Source of the DNA: Microbacterium sp.
Lineage (GTDB): Bacteria; Actinomycetota; Actinomycetes; Actinomycetales; Microbacteriaceae
DNA length: 64,000 bases
NCBI GenBank assembly: GCA_040394295.1
Contig: JBEBSN010000001.1
Location: forward strand, 12,443 to 76,442
Reading direction: 5' to 3'
Under the pieces are notes generated by a model. That model did not search any database. It saw only the letters and a program-made list of their open reading frames with translations, and was not told the origin of the DNA. This document shows positions 55,971 to 64,000 of the stretch, piece by piece; the first letter of the stretch is position 1; every line of letters starts with the position of its first letter. Position numbers and translations under genes: made by a program.

Positions 55971-58700
55971 TTGCTTTTGGGCCGGCACGGCGAGTGTCGC
56001 CGGGGCGAGCAACTGCTGAGCGAGGCGAGAGCCGGGCGCAGCGGGGCGCTTGTGTTGCGCGGTGAGGCCGGCATTGGTAAGACGGCGGTCCTGGAACTCC
56101 TGCAGGAGAAGGCCGAGGACCTCGGCTTTCTCATAGAGACGTCGACCGGTATCGAGGCCGAGACGCAGTTCGCCTATGCGGGCCTTCATCAGCTGTGTGC
56201 GCCGCTCTTGGATCAGATGTCCGCACTGCCCGAACCGCAGCAGTCGGCTCTCAGTGTCGCGCTCGGTCGCGATGCCGGTTCCGCACCCGACAGGTTCCTG
56301 GTGGGCTTGGCGACTCTCGGGCTGATTTCCGAGGCGGCCGAGAGGAACGGCCTGCTGTGTCTCGTCGATGACGCCCAGTGGCTCGACCCCGCATCGGCCG
56401 AAGTTCTCGCTTTCGTCGCACGCCGGATCGGGGCCGAGCGGGTGGCCATGGTGTTCGGTGTTCGCGACGGCGAGGCAGGAGGAGCGGTCTTCGCCGGCCT
56501 GCCTGAGCTGCAGTTGAGAAGACTCGGTGATGCGGATGCCAGACTGCTGCTCGACTCGGTGGTCCCGGCACCCCTGGACGACCAAGTCCGCGAGCGCATC
56601 ATCGCAGAATCTCGCGGCAACCCCCTCGCCTTGGTCGAGCTTCCTTCTCACACACCGCCGGTCCGGTTCGCGGGCGGGTTTCAGGAACCCGATCTCTCGG
56701 ACGTCTCCATCCGCGTGCAGACGGAATACCGCAATCGGGTGCACGGACTCCCCGAGGACAGCCAGATGCTGCTGTTGCTCGCCGCCGCCGACCCGACCGG
56801 CGACCCCGCCCTGCTCCAACGCGCCGCCGATCATCACGGCATCGCCCGCGACTCGGCCGCCCCCGCAGAGTCGGTGGGCTTGATGGAGGTCGGTACCCGG
56901 GTGCGCTTCCGGCATCCCCTCGCTCGATCGGCCGTCTACCGCATGGCGGACCCGGACGATCGCCGGCGAGCACACGCCGTCCTGGCAGCTGTCACCGACT
57001 CGGCATCAGAGCCGGACCGACTCGCCTGGCATGCGGCGCAGGCGACCTCCGGGGTCGACGAGCATGTCGCGGGCGAGTTGGAACGATCGGCCACTCGTGC
57101 CAGAGCACGCGGAGGCTATGCGGCCGCCGGAGCGTTCATGCTGCGAGCGACGCAGTTGACGCCGGACCCGAAGATTCGAGCAGGACGCGTCCTCGAGGCG
57201 GCGCATGCCGTGCATGAATCCGGCGCACCTGGCACCGCGCTCGACCTGCTCATAACAGCCGAAGCAGGACCGCTCGATGACTTCCAGCGTGCACGCATGG
57301 CCTTGCTGCGGGCGCAGATCGCCTTTCACCTGAGTCGAGAACAGAACGTCCCCGAAATGCTTCTGCGCGTCGCACGCGACATGGCGTCGTTCGATCCCGA
57401 CCTCGCTCACCAGACGCATCTCCGCGCCCTCGATGCGGCGCTCGTGCTCGGTGGTCCGACGTTTCGAACCGTCGCCGAGGCAGCCCTCGCAGACTCCTCA
57501 CTCGCGCATGCTGACCGACCGGTTGATCGACTGCTCTTCGCGCTGTCTGCAACGATGATCCGAGGATTCGCCGACGGCGTTCCGCCGCTCCGCGACGCAC
57601 TGCGCTCGCTGTGCGATGCCGACCTCGCCGAAGCGCAGACGCCGCACTATCGGTCCTGGCTCTGGCTGGCTGCCCGCACCGCTGTCGGCATCCTCGACGA
57701 CGACCTCGCCTATCGTCTCGCAGAGGCGAACGTCCGATCCGCACGAGCTGACGGCGCTCTGACAGGACTCGCCACTGCGCTCAACTTCCACGCCAACATC
57801 CTGGCGCTCGGCGGCGAGCTCACGCGGGCCGGAGAGATGGCTGGCCGGTCGATCGCGATCGCGGAATCGACGGGCGGAGTGCCGATGCGCCACGCAGAGA
57901 CCATCGTCTCCGCCTGGAGAGGCGACGCTGAGACCGTTGCCAGGTTGCAGGCGCTCACGTTGCAGGATCCGGGTCACCCTCCGGAAGGAGCGGAGGTCGC
58001 GCTGGCGGCATACGCGACCGCTGTCGTGCACAACGCCCTAGGCGAGTACGAGAAGGCGCAGCGAGCGGCGACGATCACGTGCGCGTGTGTCGCCTTGTCG
58101 CTGAGCAGCGTCGGCCTGGCCGAGCTGATCGAGGCGGCGACGCGAGCCGGCGATCCTCATAGCGCCGCCTTGGCCCTTGACGAGCTGAGCACCCGTGCGG
58201 AGGCGTGCGACACTCCATGGGCTCGTGGTCTGGAAGCGCGTTCGCGTGCGCTGACGCTGTCCGGTGACTCGGCTGAGCATCACTATCGCGCCGCGATCGA
58301 GTATCTTGAGGCCTCGCGACTGACCGGTGAAGCGGCGCGGGCCCACCTCGTGTACGGGGAATGGCTGCGCCGAGCGGGGCGTCGGCAGGAGGCCAGAGAC
58401 GAACTTCGGGTAGCGCACGACCTCCTCACGCGCATCGGCGCTGACGCCTTCGCCACGCGAGCGGCGAAGGAGCTTCGGGCGACCGGCGAGTACCCCCGCC
58501 GTCGCACATCGCCGTCACCCGGCGAGCTCACGGCGCAGGAGTTGCAGGTCGCGAGGCAGGTGGCCACGGGCGCCACCTCCAGGGAAGTGGGCGCCCAGCT
58601 GTTCCTGAGCCCTCGCACGATCGAGGCCCATCTGCGCAGCATCTACCGAAAGCTCGGGATCGGATCTCGTCGCGAGCTGAGAGGAATCAGGCTGTCCTGA
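55971..58700 (+). CDS. Large AAA-ATPase/LuxR (LAL-type) regulator
   Basis: GEAGIGKT, VDDAQWLD, GNPLAL, FRHPL, C-terminal LTAQE...LFLSPRTIEAHL; AAGGAG RBS. Confidence 0.9.
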   Translation: MLLGRHGECRRGEQLLSEARAGRSGALVLRGEAGIGKTAVLELLQEKAEDLGFLIETSTGIEAETQFAYAGLHQLCAPLLDQMSALPEPQQSALSVALGRDAGSAPDRFLVGLATLGLISEAAERNGLLCLVDDAQWLDPASAEVLAFVARRIGAERVAMVFGVRDGEAGGAVFAGLPELQLRRLGDADARLLLDSVVPAPLDDQVRERIIAESRGNPLALVELPSHTPPVRFAGGFQEPDLSDVSIRVQTEYRNRVHGLPEDSQMLLLLAAADPTGDPALLQRAADHHGIARDSAAPAESVGLMEVGTRVRFRHPLARSAVYRMADPDDRRRAHAVLAAVTDSASEPDRLAWHAAQATSGVDEHVAGELERSATRARARGGYAAAGAFMLRATQLTPDPKIRAGRVLEAAHAVHESGAPGTALDLLITAEAGPLDDFQRARMALLRAQIAFHLSREQNVPEMLLRVARDMASFDPDLAHQTHLRALDAALVLGGPTFRTVAEAALADSSLAHADRPVDRLLFALSATMIRGFADGVPPLRDALRSLCDADLAEAQTPHYRSWLWLAARTAVGILDDDLAYRLAEANVRSARADGALTGLATALNFHANILALGGELTRAGEMAGRSIAIAESTGGVPMRHAETIVSAWRGDAETVARLQALTLQDPGHPPEGAEVALAAYATAVVHNALGEYEKAQRAATITCACVALSLSSVGLAELIEAATRAGDPHSAALALDELSTRAEACDTPWARGLEARSRALTLSGDSAEHHYRAAIEYLEASRLTGEAARAHLVYGEWLRRAGRRQEARDELRVAHDLLTRIGADAFATRAAKELRATGEYPRRRTSPSPGELTAQELQVARQVATGATSREVGAQLFLSPRTIEAHLRSIYRKLGIGSRRELRGIRLS

Positions 58701-58741
58701 TCTCTGTCACCATAGACACGGCTGGCCTGCCGATCGCACGG

Positions 58742-59473
58742 TCAACCGAGCACACCGGCGAACAGCAGCGACACCATCATCGCGACGATCACCGTGTTGA
58801 ACGTGAAGGCGAAGAGCACGTTGACCCGAACCAGCGTCCACGCTCGGCGCGACCTGATCGTGGCCGAGACGGTCGCCGCCATGGTCGAGAGCAGGATCGC
58901 GAGTGTCAGATAGTCCGAGAATCGCGGCGGCCCCTTGACCGCGAGGACGATGCCTGGTTCGGCGCCACCGTCCCCACGCGCCAGTCGCAGATACTCGAGC
59001 GCGAACGAGTACACCATGAGCGCCCATGAACTGGCCACTGTCAGCAGCACGAGCAGCACGAACAGCCACTCGCTGCGGAAGGCGGCGTTCTGTGCGACGA
59101 CGATCGTCACTGCCACCGCGACAAGAGCGCCCATGAGCGCCCAGTTCGATGCGCCGCCGCTTCCCGCCACCTGCATCCAGGGGCGTCGAAGAGCCTGTGT
59201 CTCCCGCCGTGCCGCAGAGGCGAGCGCTCGCGAGCCTCGACGCGCATACGCGCGGTGCGTCCATGTCAGATAGACCGCCACGAATACCGGCCACGCGACC
59301 AGGTAGAAAGCGATGAGCACGGACGACAGCTCGCGAGCAGCCGGGTGGTCGCGGACGGCGAAGAACAGCGCCGCTGCTCCCGCCCCGATGACGCTGGAGA
59401 TCAATGAGCTCCAGTTCACCCTCGAAAGATCGCTCATGCCGCGTGCGCCCTCGGCCTTCGACTGCGATGGCAT
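58742..59473 (-). CDS. DUF1345 membrane protein
   Basis: [31 protein letters not shown]. Confidence 0.75.
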   Translation of the reverse strand: MPSQSKAEGARGMSDLSRVNWSSLISSVIGAGAAALFFAVRDHPAARELSSVLIAFYLVAWPVFVAVYLTWTHRAYARRGSRALASAARRETQALRRPWMQVAGSGGASNWALMGALVAVAVTIVVAQNAAFRSEWLFVLLVLLTVASSWALMVYSFALEYLRLARGDGGAEPGIVLAVKGPPRFSDYLTLAILLSTMAATVSATIRSRRAWTLVRVNVLFAFTFNTVIVAMMVSLLFAGVLG

Positions 59474-59499
59474 CTCTTCACCTTTCTCGGCGGGCCCTC

Positions 59500-59530
59500 A
59501 GTCCACGCTATGTCGTAGGAACAGGGGCAA
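59500..59530 (-). promoter_or_regulatory. MerR-type promoter P4
   Basis: TTGCCC CTGT TCCTACG ACA TAG CG TGGACT. Confidence 0.55.
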
Positions 59531-59546
59531 GCATCGCCTCCGGTTC

Positions 59547-60125
59547 TCAGAGTGGCTGGCCGAAGGAGCCTTGCGTGGCCAACTCCAGTAGCAGGCGGCG
59601 GGCCGTCGCGATGCTCGATTCATCCTCGCCACCCTGCAGGGCTGCGGCGACAACACCCTCTGCCGCACGGCGAACGATCTGGATGCGCTCGGTACTGAGC
59701 CCGTCAGCTGCGAACTGTTCGCCCCACCATGCGTCGTGCTCCTCAAGGAGAGCGGCGATCGCCGGAATCGCGTACAGCCCGTTCCAATTCGCCGCAGAGG
59801 CGAAGTCGCGCGCCGCTGCTGCTTCGGCACCCCCTTTGCAGAGTGCACGAACGTAGGCGCGCAGCATCTTCCCGGGGTGATTCTCCGACAGGTCGAGCTC
59901 GGCGACGACCGTCGCTCGGAGTTGCTCAGACATGTCTTTCACCACGTCGATGAAGAGTTGGTCCCGGTTTCCGAAATGGTGAATCAGACCGCTCTTCGAT
60001 ACCCCGGCGCTCTCAGCGATCTCTGCAAGCGTCACACCCGTCCCGCGCTCGAGGATCGCGTGCACCGCTGCGTCGAGCACCGCTCGGCGGGTGCGCTCGG
60101 TGTTGCGTCTCTGCGGCTCTGCCAT
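59547..60125 (-). CDS. TetR/AcrR family regulator
   Basis: VTLAEIAESAGVSKSGLIHHF; palindrome GACCA-TC-TGGTC (60154-60165) next to a TAGAAT box upstream. Confidence 0.88.
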   Translation of the reverse strand: MAEPQRRNTERTRRAVLDAAVHAILERGTGVTLAEIAESAGVSKSGLIHHFGNRDQLFIDVVKDMSEQLRATVVAELDLSENHPGKMLRAYVRALCKGGAEAAAARDFASAANWNGLYAIPAIAALLEEHDAWWGEQFAADGLSTERIQIVRRAAEGVVAAALQGGEDESSIATARRLLLELATQGSFGQPL

Positions 60126-60210
60126 AGATCCCCTATCGTCATTCGGCCCAACTGACCATCTGGTCGATTCTAGGCACATCCCTCCGTGCAAGGTTCTCCT
60201 CCCAGGTGCG

Positions 60211-60241
60211 TTGACTGCGTCCTAGGAACAGGGTGTGAGAT
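60211..60241 (+). promoter_or_regulatory. MerR-type promoter P5 (leaderless)
   Basis: TTGACT GCGT CCTAGGA ACA GGG TG TGAGAT, 6 nt before ATG 60248. Confidence 0.55.
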
Positions 60242-60247
60242 AGAAGC

Positions 60248-60655
60248 ATGAGCCAGCACACTTACGGCAAGAGCGTCGCGACCGTCCAGCGCCTCGAGAA
60301 CGGCGCCATCGCCGCTGCCATCGTCATCGTCGTCATCGCCGCAGGCCAGCCATGGTGGTGGCTGGTCGCAGCGTTCCTGTTCTTCGACCTCTCCGCCCTC
60401 GGCTATGTGGGCAGCCCACTCTTGGGCGCTCGCCTCTACAACGCGGTGCACAACTACACCGGGCCGGCGATCTTGATGATCGTTTACGCCGCCTTCGTGT
60501 TGGGCGGTCAAGATCTTCCCTTGCTCGCGCTCGTGGCTGCCAGCTGGGCATTCCACGTCGCCGTCGATCGAGCGCTCGGGTATGGGCTCAAACTCCACGA
60601 CTTCGCACACACTCACCTCGGGCGTATGGGGCGCAGCACCACAGTTGAGGGTTGA
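60248..60655 (+). CDS. DUF4260 membrane protein
   Basis: QRLE, FDLSALGY, GARLYNAVHNY, HVAVDRALGYGLK, THLG. Confidence 0.82.
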   Translation: MSQHTYGKSVATVQRLENGAIAAAIVIVVIAAGQPWWWLVAAFLFFDLSALGYVGSPLLGARLYNAVHNYTGPAILMIVYAAFVLGGQDLPLLALVAASWAFHVAVDRALGYGLKLHDFAHTHLGRMGRSTTVEG

Positions 60656-60666
60656 TGGGTGACTAC

Positions 60667-62388
60667 TCAGAACAGCAGGCGCCAGTTCGCCCGCGCCAAG
60701 TCGATCAGCTCGTCACCTCGACCTGACATGACCGTGCGGATCGCATACAGTGCAAAACCCTTCACTTGCGCGGCCTCGACAGCTGGAGGCATCGACAACT
60801 CCTGCCGCTCGGTCACGACGTCCAGCAGAGCCGGACCGTCGTAGGCGAGCACCTCACGCACGGCATCAGGGAGATCCTCGCTGTTCTCCACCCGGCGCGC
60901 GAAGATGCCCATGGCCTCGGCGATCGCCGCGAAACTGGGATTCACGAGCCCGGTACCGTATGGCATCAGGCCCGCTGCCTTCATCTCGAGCTCGATGAAG
61001 TTGAGCGACGAGTTGTTCACCACGATCGTCTTGACCGGCAGACGATTCTGCGTGAGAGTGAGCAGCTCGCCCAGCATCATCGAGAGGCCCCCGTCACCTG
61101 CGAGCGCGACGACTTGGCGGTCCGGATGTGCCACCTGCGCGCCGATTCCGTGCATGAGCGCATTTGCCATGGAACCGTGTGTGAAGGAGCCGATCAGTCG
61201 CCGCCCTTCGGTCATGGAGAGGTATCTTGCCGCCCATACGGTGGGCGAGCCGACGTCTGCGGTGAAGATCGCGTCGTCGGCAGCCTGCTCGTCCAGGAGC
61301 CGGGCGAGATACTGCGGATGTATGGCTCGGCCGTTTTTCGTGGGGAACGCGAGGTCGTCGAGCTTCAGCCGCGTCTTTCGATAGTGAGCGGTGGCGTCGT
61401 CGAGGTGTCCACGGTCTTTCTCGGCAAGCCGCGGCAGGAGCGCGTCGGCCGTCGCTCTGACGTCCCCGACGAGACCAAGATCGAGCGGATGCCGCTTGCC
61501 CAGCTGCGAGCCACGGATGTCGACCTGGATGGTCGTCGCGCGAGCAGGATAGAACTGCTCGTACGGAAAGTCACTACCGAGCACCAGCAGGGCATCCGCC
61601 ATCTCCATGGCCCGATATCCCGAGGCGAAGCCGAGCAGGCCGGTCATCCCGACATCGAAGGGGTTGTCGTACTCGATGAACTCCTTGCCGCGCAGTGCGT
61701 GCACGATCGGCGCGCCCAGGCGGTCAGCCAGCGCGATGACCTCGTCGTGCGCACCCTCTACACCGGCACCAGCGAGAATCGTCACGCTCTGGGCCTCGTT
61801 CAGCAGAGTCGCGGCGCGTTCGAGCTCGACACCACTGGGCACGACCACGGGACGGGTTCGCTCGATCAGGACGGCGCGATCATCGGCGACCTCGGCCAGC
61901 GCGACGTCCCCGGGAATCACCAGCACGGCGACGCCGCGCTCCTCGATCGCCGCACGCATCGCGATCTCAAGCAGGCGCGGCATCTGGCGGGGATCGGCGA
62001 CGTACTCGACATAGACGCTGCACTCACGGAAGAGCTCCTGCGGGTGGGTCTCCTGAAAGTATCCGGTGCCGATCTCGCTCGTGGGGATGTGCGCGGCGAT
62101 CGCGAGTACGGGCACGCGTGAGCGGTTCGCGTCGTACAGGCCGTTGATCAGGTGGAGGTTCCCCGGTCCGCAAGATCCGGCGGCGACCGCGAGCTGTCCC
62201 GTCGTCGCCGCATCCGCCGCCGCCGCGAAGGCAGCGGATTCCTCGTGCCGCACGTGCACCCATCGGATCGTGCCGTTCTTGCGTAAGGCATCCGTGAAGC
62301 CGTTCAGGGAATCTCCGGGGAGGCCGTAGACGCGGTCGACCCCGTTGGCGTGCAGAGTCTTGACGATGTTCTCAGCGACGTTGGGCAT
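60667..62388 (-). CDS. poxB: Pyruvate:quinone oxidoreductase
   Basis: GLPGDSLN, RHEE, GSCGPGNLHLINGLYD, ThDP motif GDGG...NN, IELEMKA. Confidence 0.9.
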   Translation of the reverse strand: MPNVAENIVKTLHANGVDRVYGLPGDSLNGFTDALRKNGTIRWVHVRHEESAAFAAAADAATTGQLAVAAGSCGPGNLHLINGLYDANRSRVPVLAIAAHIPTSEIGTGYFQETHPQELFRECSVYVEYVADPRQMPRLLEIAMRAAIEERGVAVLVIPGDVALAEVADDRAVLIERTRPVVVPSGVELERAATLLNEAQSVTILAGAGVEGAHDEVIALADRLGAPIVHALRGKEFIEYDNPFDVGMTGLLGFASGYRAMEMADALLVLGSDFPYEQFYPARATTIQVDIRGSQLGKRHPLDLGLVGDVRATADALLPRLAEKDRGHLDDATAHYRKTRLKLDDLAFPTKNGRAIHPQYLARLLDEQAADDAIFTADVGSPTVWAARYLSMTEGRRLIGSFTHGSMANALMHGIGAQVAHPDRQVVALAGDGGLSMMLGELLTLTQNRLPVKTIVVNNSSLNFIELEMKAAGLMPYGTGLVNPSFAAIAEAMGIFARRVENSEDLPDAVREVLAYDGPALLDVVTERQELSMPPAVEAAQVKGFALYAIRTVMSGRGDELIDLARANWRLLF

Positions 62389-62402
62389 TTGGTTTGGTCC
62401 TT

Positions 62403-63002
62403 TCAGAGGGGGCGGTGCGAATCTTTCGGGAGTGCAGCGGACACCGCGCCGGGTTCAACGACCGGATCATCCGGTGACGAAGCCGTCACAAACGTCGCGT
62501 CGAATTCGCTCATCACCAGGGCGGCAGTGCTTGCGAAGCTCGCGGTGATCATGATGACCAGCGAGGGGATGTACGCGGAGGGCGACGGAATCCATCCGGC
62601 GATGAGCCAAGGCAGGGCGAACGCGAGGAGAACCGCGAAGGTCGTGATCCATTCGTTCAGAATGAGAGGGAACGATGAGCCCGCGCCGCCCCGCGTCACG
62701 ATCCGGCGAACAGTTCCGACCGTTGCGGCGAGCAGCATCGCGCTGAGCGCGACGAAAGTCATTGCGCCCCAAATCGGATCTGCGAAGACGAGGACAAGCG
62801 GTAGCAGCAGCGGAATCGAGTAGGCGACGAACACCCACCTCACGGCGGCGCGCATGTATCGATCTTTCGGGGTCGTCCTGCTGGTGGACGAGCGGTAGTG
62901 GGCAAGGTCGAGATAGAAGAAGACCCCGACGATGAAGGTACCGAGGAGGGTGCCCGCGACTCCCGCAATGGCGAGCAGGAACTCCCCGAGGTCAGCGTGC
63001 AT
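62403..63002 (-). CDS. Hypothetical multi-TM membrane protein upstream of poxB
   Basis: GGAGG RBS, several hydrophobic segments, 14 bp from poxB. Confidence 0.7.
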   Translation of the reverse strand: MHADLGEFLLAIAGVAGTLLGTFIVGVFFYLDLAHYRSSTSRTTPKDRYMRAAVRWVFVAYSIPLLLPLVLVFADPIWGAMTFVALSAMLLAATVGTVRRIVTRGGAGSSFPLILNEWITTFAVLLAFALPWLIAGWIPSPSAYIPSLVIMITASFASTAALVMSEFDATFVTASSPDDPVVEPGAVSAALPKDSHRPL

Positions 63003-63068
63003 GGCGCCCTCCGTGCAAATCGGACATGGGTGCTCTCTCGGATGCCCGAGATCGCGATATACCAACCG

Positions 63069-63099
63069 AGTAAAGACCGTGTGCCAACCACACGGTCAA
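63069..63099 (-). promoter_or_regulatory. MerR-type promoter P7
   Basis: TTGACC GTGT GGTTGGC ACA CGG TC TTTACT; perfect 8-bp dyad GACCGTGT/ACACGGTC. Confidence 0.68.
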
Positions 63100-63158
63100 G
63101 AGAATCCGCGAACGATAACGGCATCGGTGAAATCACTCGACCGATTCGGCGAGATCAG

Positions 63159-63189
63159 TTGAGCCTGTGGCGACAACAGGGCTTTGAAT
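63159..63189 (+). promoter_or_regulatory. MerR-type promoter P6
   Basis: TTGAGC CTGT GGCGACA ACA GGG CT TTGAAT; 7-bp dyad GCCTGT/ACAGGG(C) imperfect. Confidence 0.62.
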
Positions 63190-63239
63190 CGGCATATCGA
63201 CGCCACACGGGCGTCAACGAAGCTGAGGAGGAGTTCGTC

Positions 63240-64000
63240 ATGACCACGCCAGATCAGCGCGTCGCCATCGTCACGGGCGCGGGGAGTACACAGGGCATCG
63301 GATTCGCGGCGGCCCGCCTTCTCGGTAACGCCGGGAGTCGAGTCGTGATCACGTCGACGACGGATCGCATCTTCCAGCGGGTCTCAGAACTGCGCAACGT
63401 CGGAATCCAGGCGGAAGGAGTCGTCGCCGACCTCACCGAGCAAGCCGGCGTGGAGGCAGTCGTCGCGCGCGCGTCGGACTCGTTCGGCCGCGTGGACATC
63501 CTCGTCAACAACGCCGGTATGACGGCGGTATCCGACACGTACACCTCCGGCGCGATCCGGGGCACGTTCATCGACCACTGGCACGCCTCGCTCGAGCGGA
63601 ACCTGACCACGACCTTTTTGATGACCCGCATGGTGGTCGGCCTCATGCAGGCCGCCGGCTACGGCCGAATCGTCAACGTTTCATCGGTGTCGGGGCCGGT
63701 CGCAGCGTACGGGGGCGACGATGCCTACCACGCGGCGAAGGCCGGCATCCTCGGGCTCACGCGGTCAACGGCACTCGACACTGCGCCATTCGGTATCACG
63801 GTGAACGCCGTCGCCCCCGGGTGGATCGACACCGCATCAGCCTCCAATCGCGAACGACGGATGGGCGCTGCCACACCCGTCGGCCGATCGGGCACCGCAG
63901 ACGAAGTGGCCTACGTGATCGCGTCCCTCGCCGGCGAGGGCGCGTCGTATATCACTGGCCAGCTCATCACGATCGATGGAGCCAATTCGATCAGCGAAGA
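63240..64000 (+). CDS. SDR family oxidoreductase, 3' truncated by window edge (absent from ORF track)
   Basis: MTTPDQRVAIVTGAGSTQGIG, NNAG, YHAAK, VNAVAPG, ITGQLITIDG; GAGGAG RBS. Confidence 0.88.
   Translation, partial: MTTPDQRVAIVTGAGSTQGIGFAAARLLGNAGSRVVITSTTDRIFQRVSELRNVGIQAEGVVADLTEQAGVEAVVARASDSFGRVDILVNNAGMTAVSDTYTSGAIRGTFIDHWHASLERNLTTTFLMTRMVVGLMQAAGYGRIVNVSSVSGPVAAYGGDDAYHAAKAGILGLTRSTALDTAPFGITVNAVAPGWIDTASASNRERRMGAATPVGRSGTADEVAYVIASLAGEGASYITGQLITIDGANSISE

Overview
High-GC actinobacterial DNA; gene content and leaderless promoters suggest Microbacteriaceae, probably Microbacterium. I found about 67 CDS and no rRNA, tRNA, CRISPR array, integrase or transposase. Blocks in order: (1) 0.9-10.4 kb organosulfur-scavenging cluster (two LLM monooxygenases, Dpp/Opp-type ABC importer, unusual alpha/beta hydrolase, MetY-like sulfhydrylase) whose proteins are poor in Cys/Met; (2) Gfo/Idh/MocA, NYN-LOTUS, ctlX-ocd with Lrp, DUF4166 and TIGR01777; (3) 16.5-25.9 kb MarR (CrtR-like) regulator divergent from a translationally coupled C50 carotenoid operon ending in a pyrimidine-dimer glycosylase-ferrochelatase fusion ORF; (4) small redox/membrane genes and a TetR-linked HrtBA-like exporter with two matching operators; (5) 32.5-52.5 kb FadR-linked catabolic block (Baeyer-Villiger monooxygenase, SDRs, CoA ligase, paired acyl-CoA dehydrogenases, crotonases, Liv-type ABC) with five copies of an AT-rich 14-bp palindrome; (6) 52.6-64 kb block with a Cys-free MerR and seven promoter-like elements sharing one MerR-type layout (TTGACY, 19-bp spacer, TGT-N7-ACA dyad). 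Best novelty candidates: the putative MerR regulon, the glycosylase-ferrochelatase fusion and the FadR-operator-marked catabolic block. Family calls come from motif recognition by eye; no database search was run.
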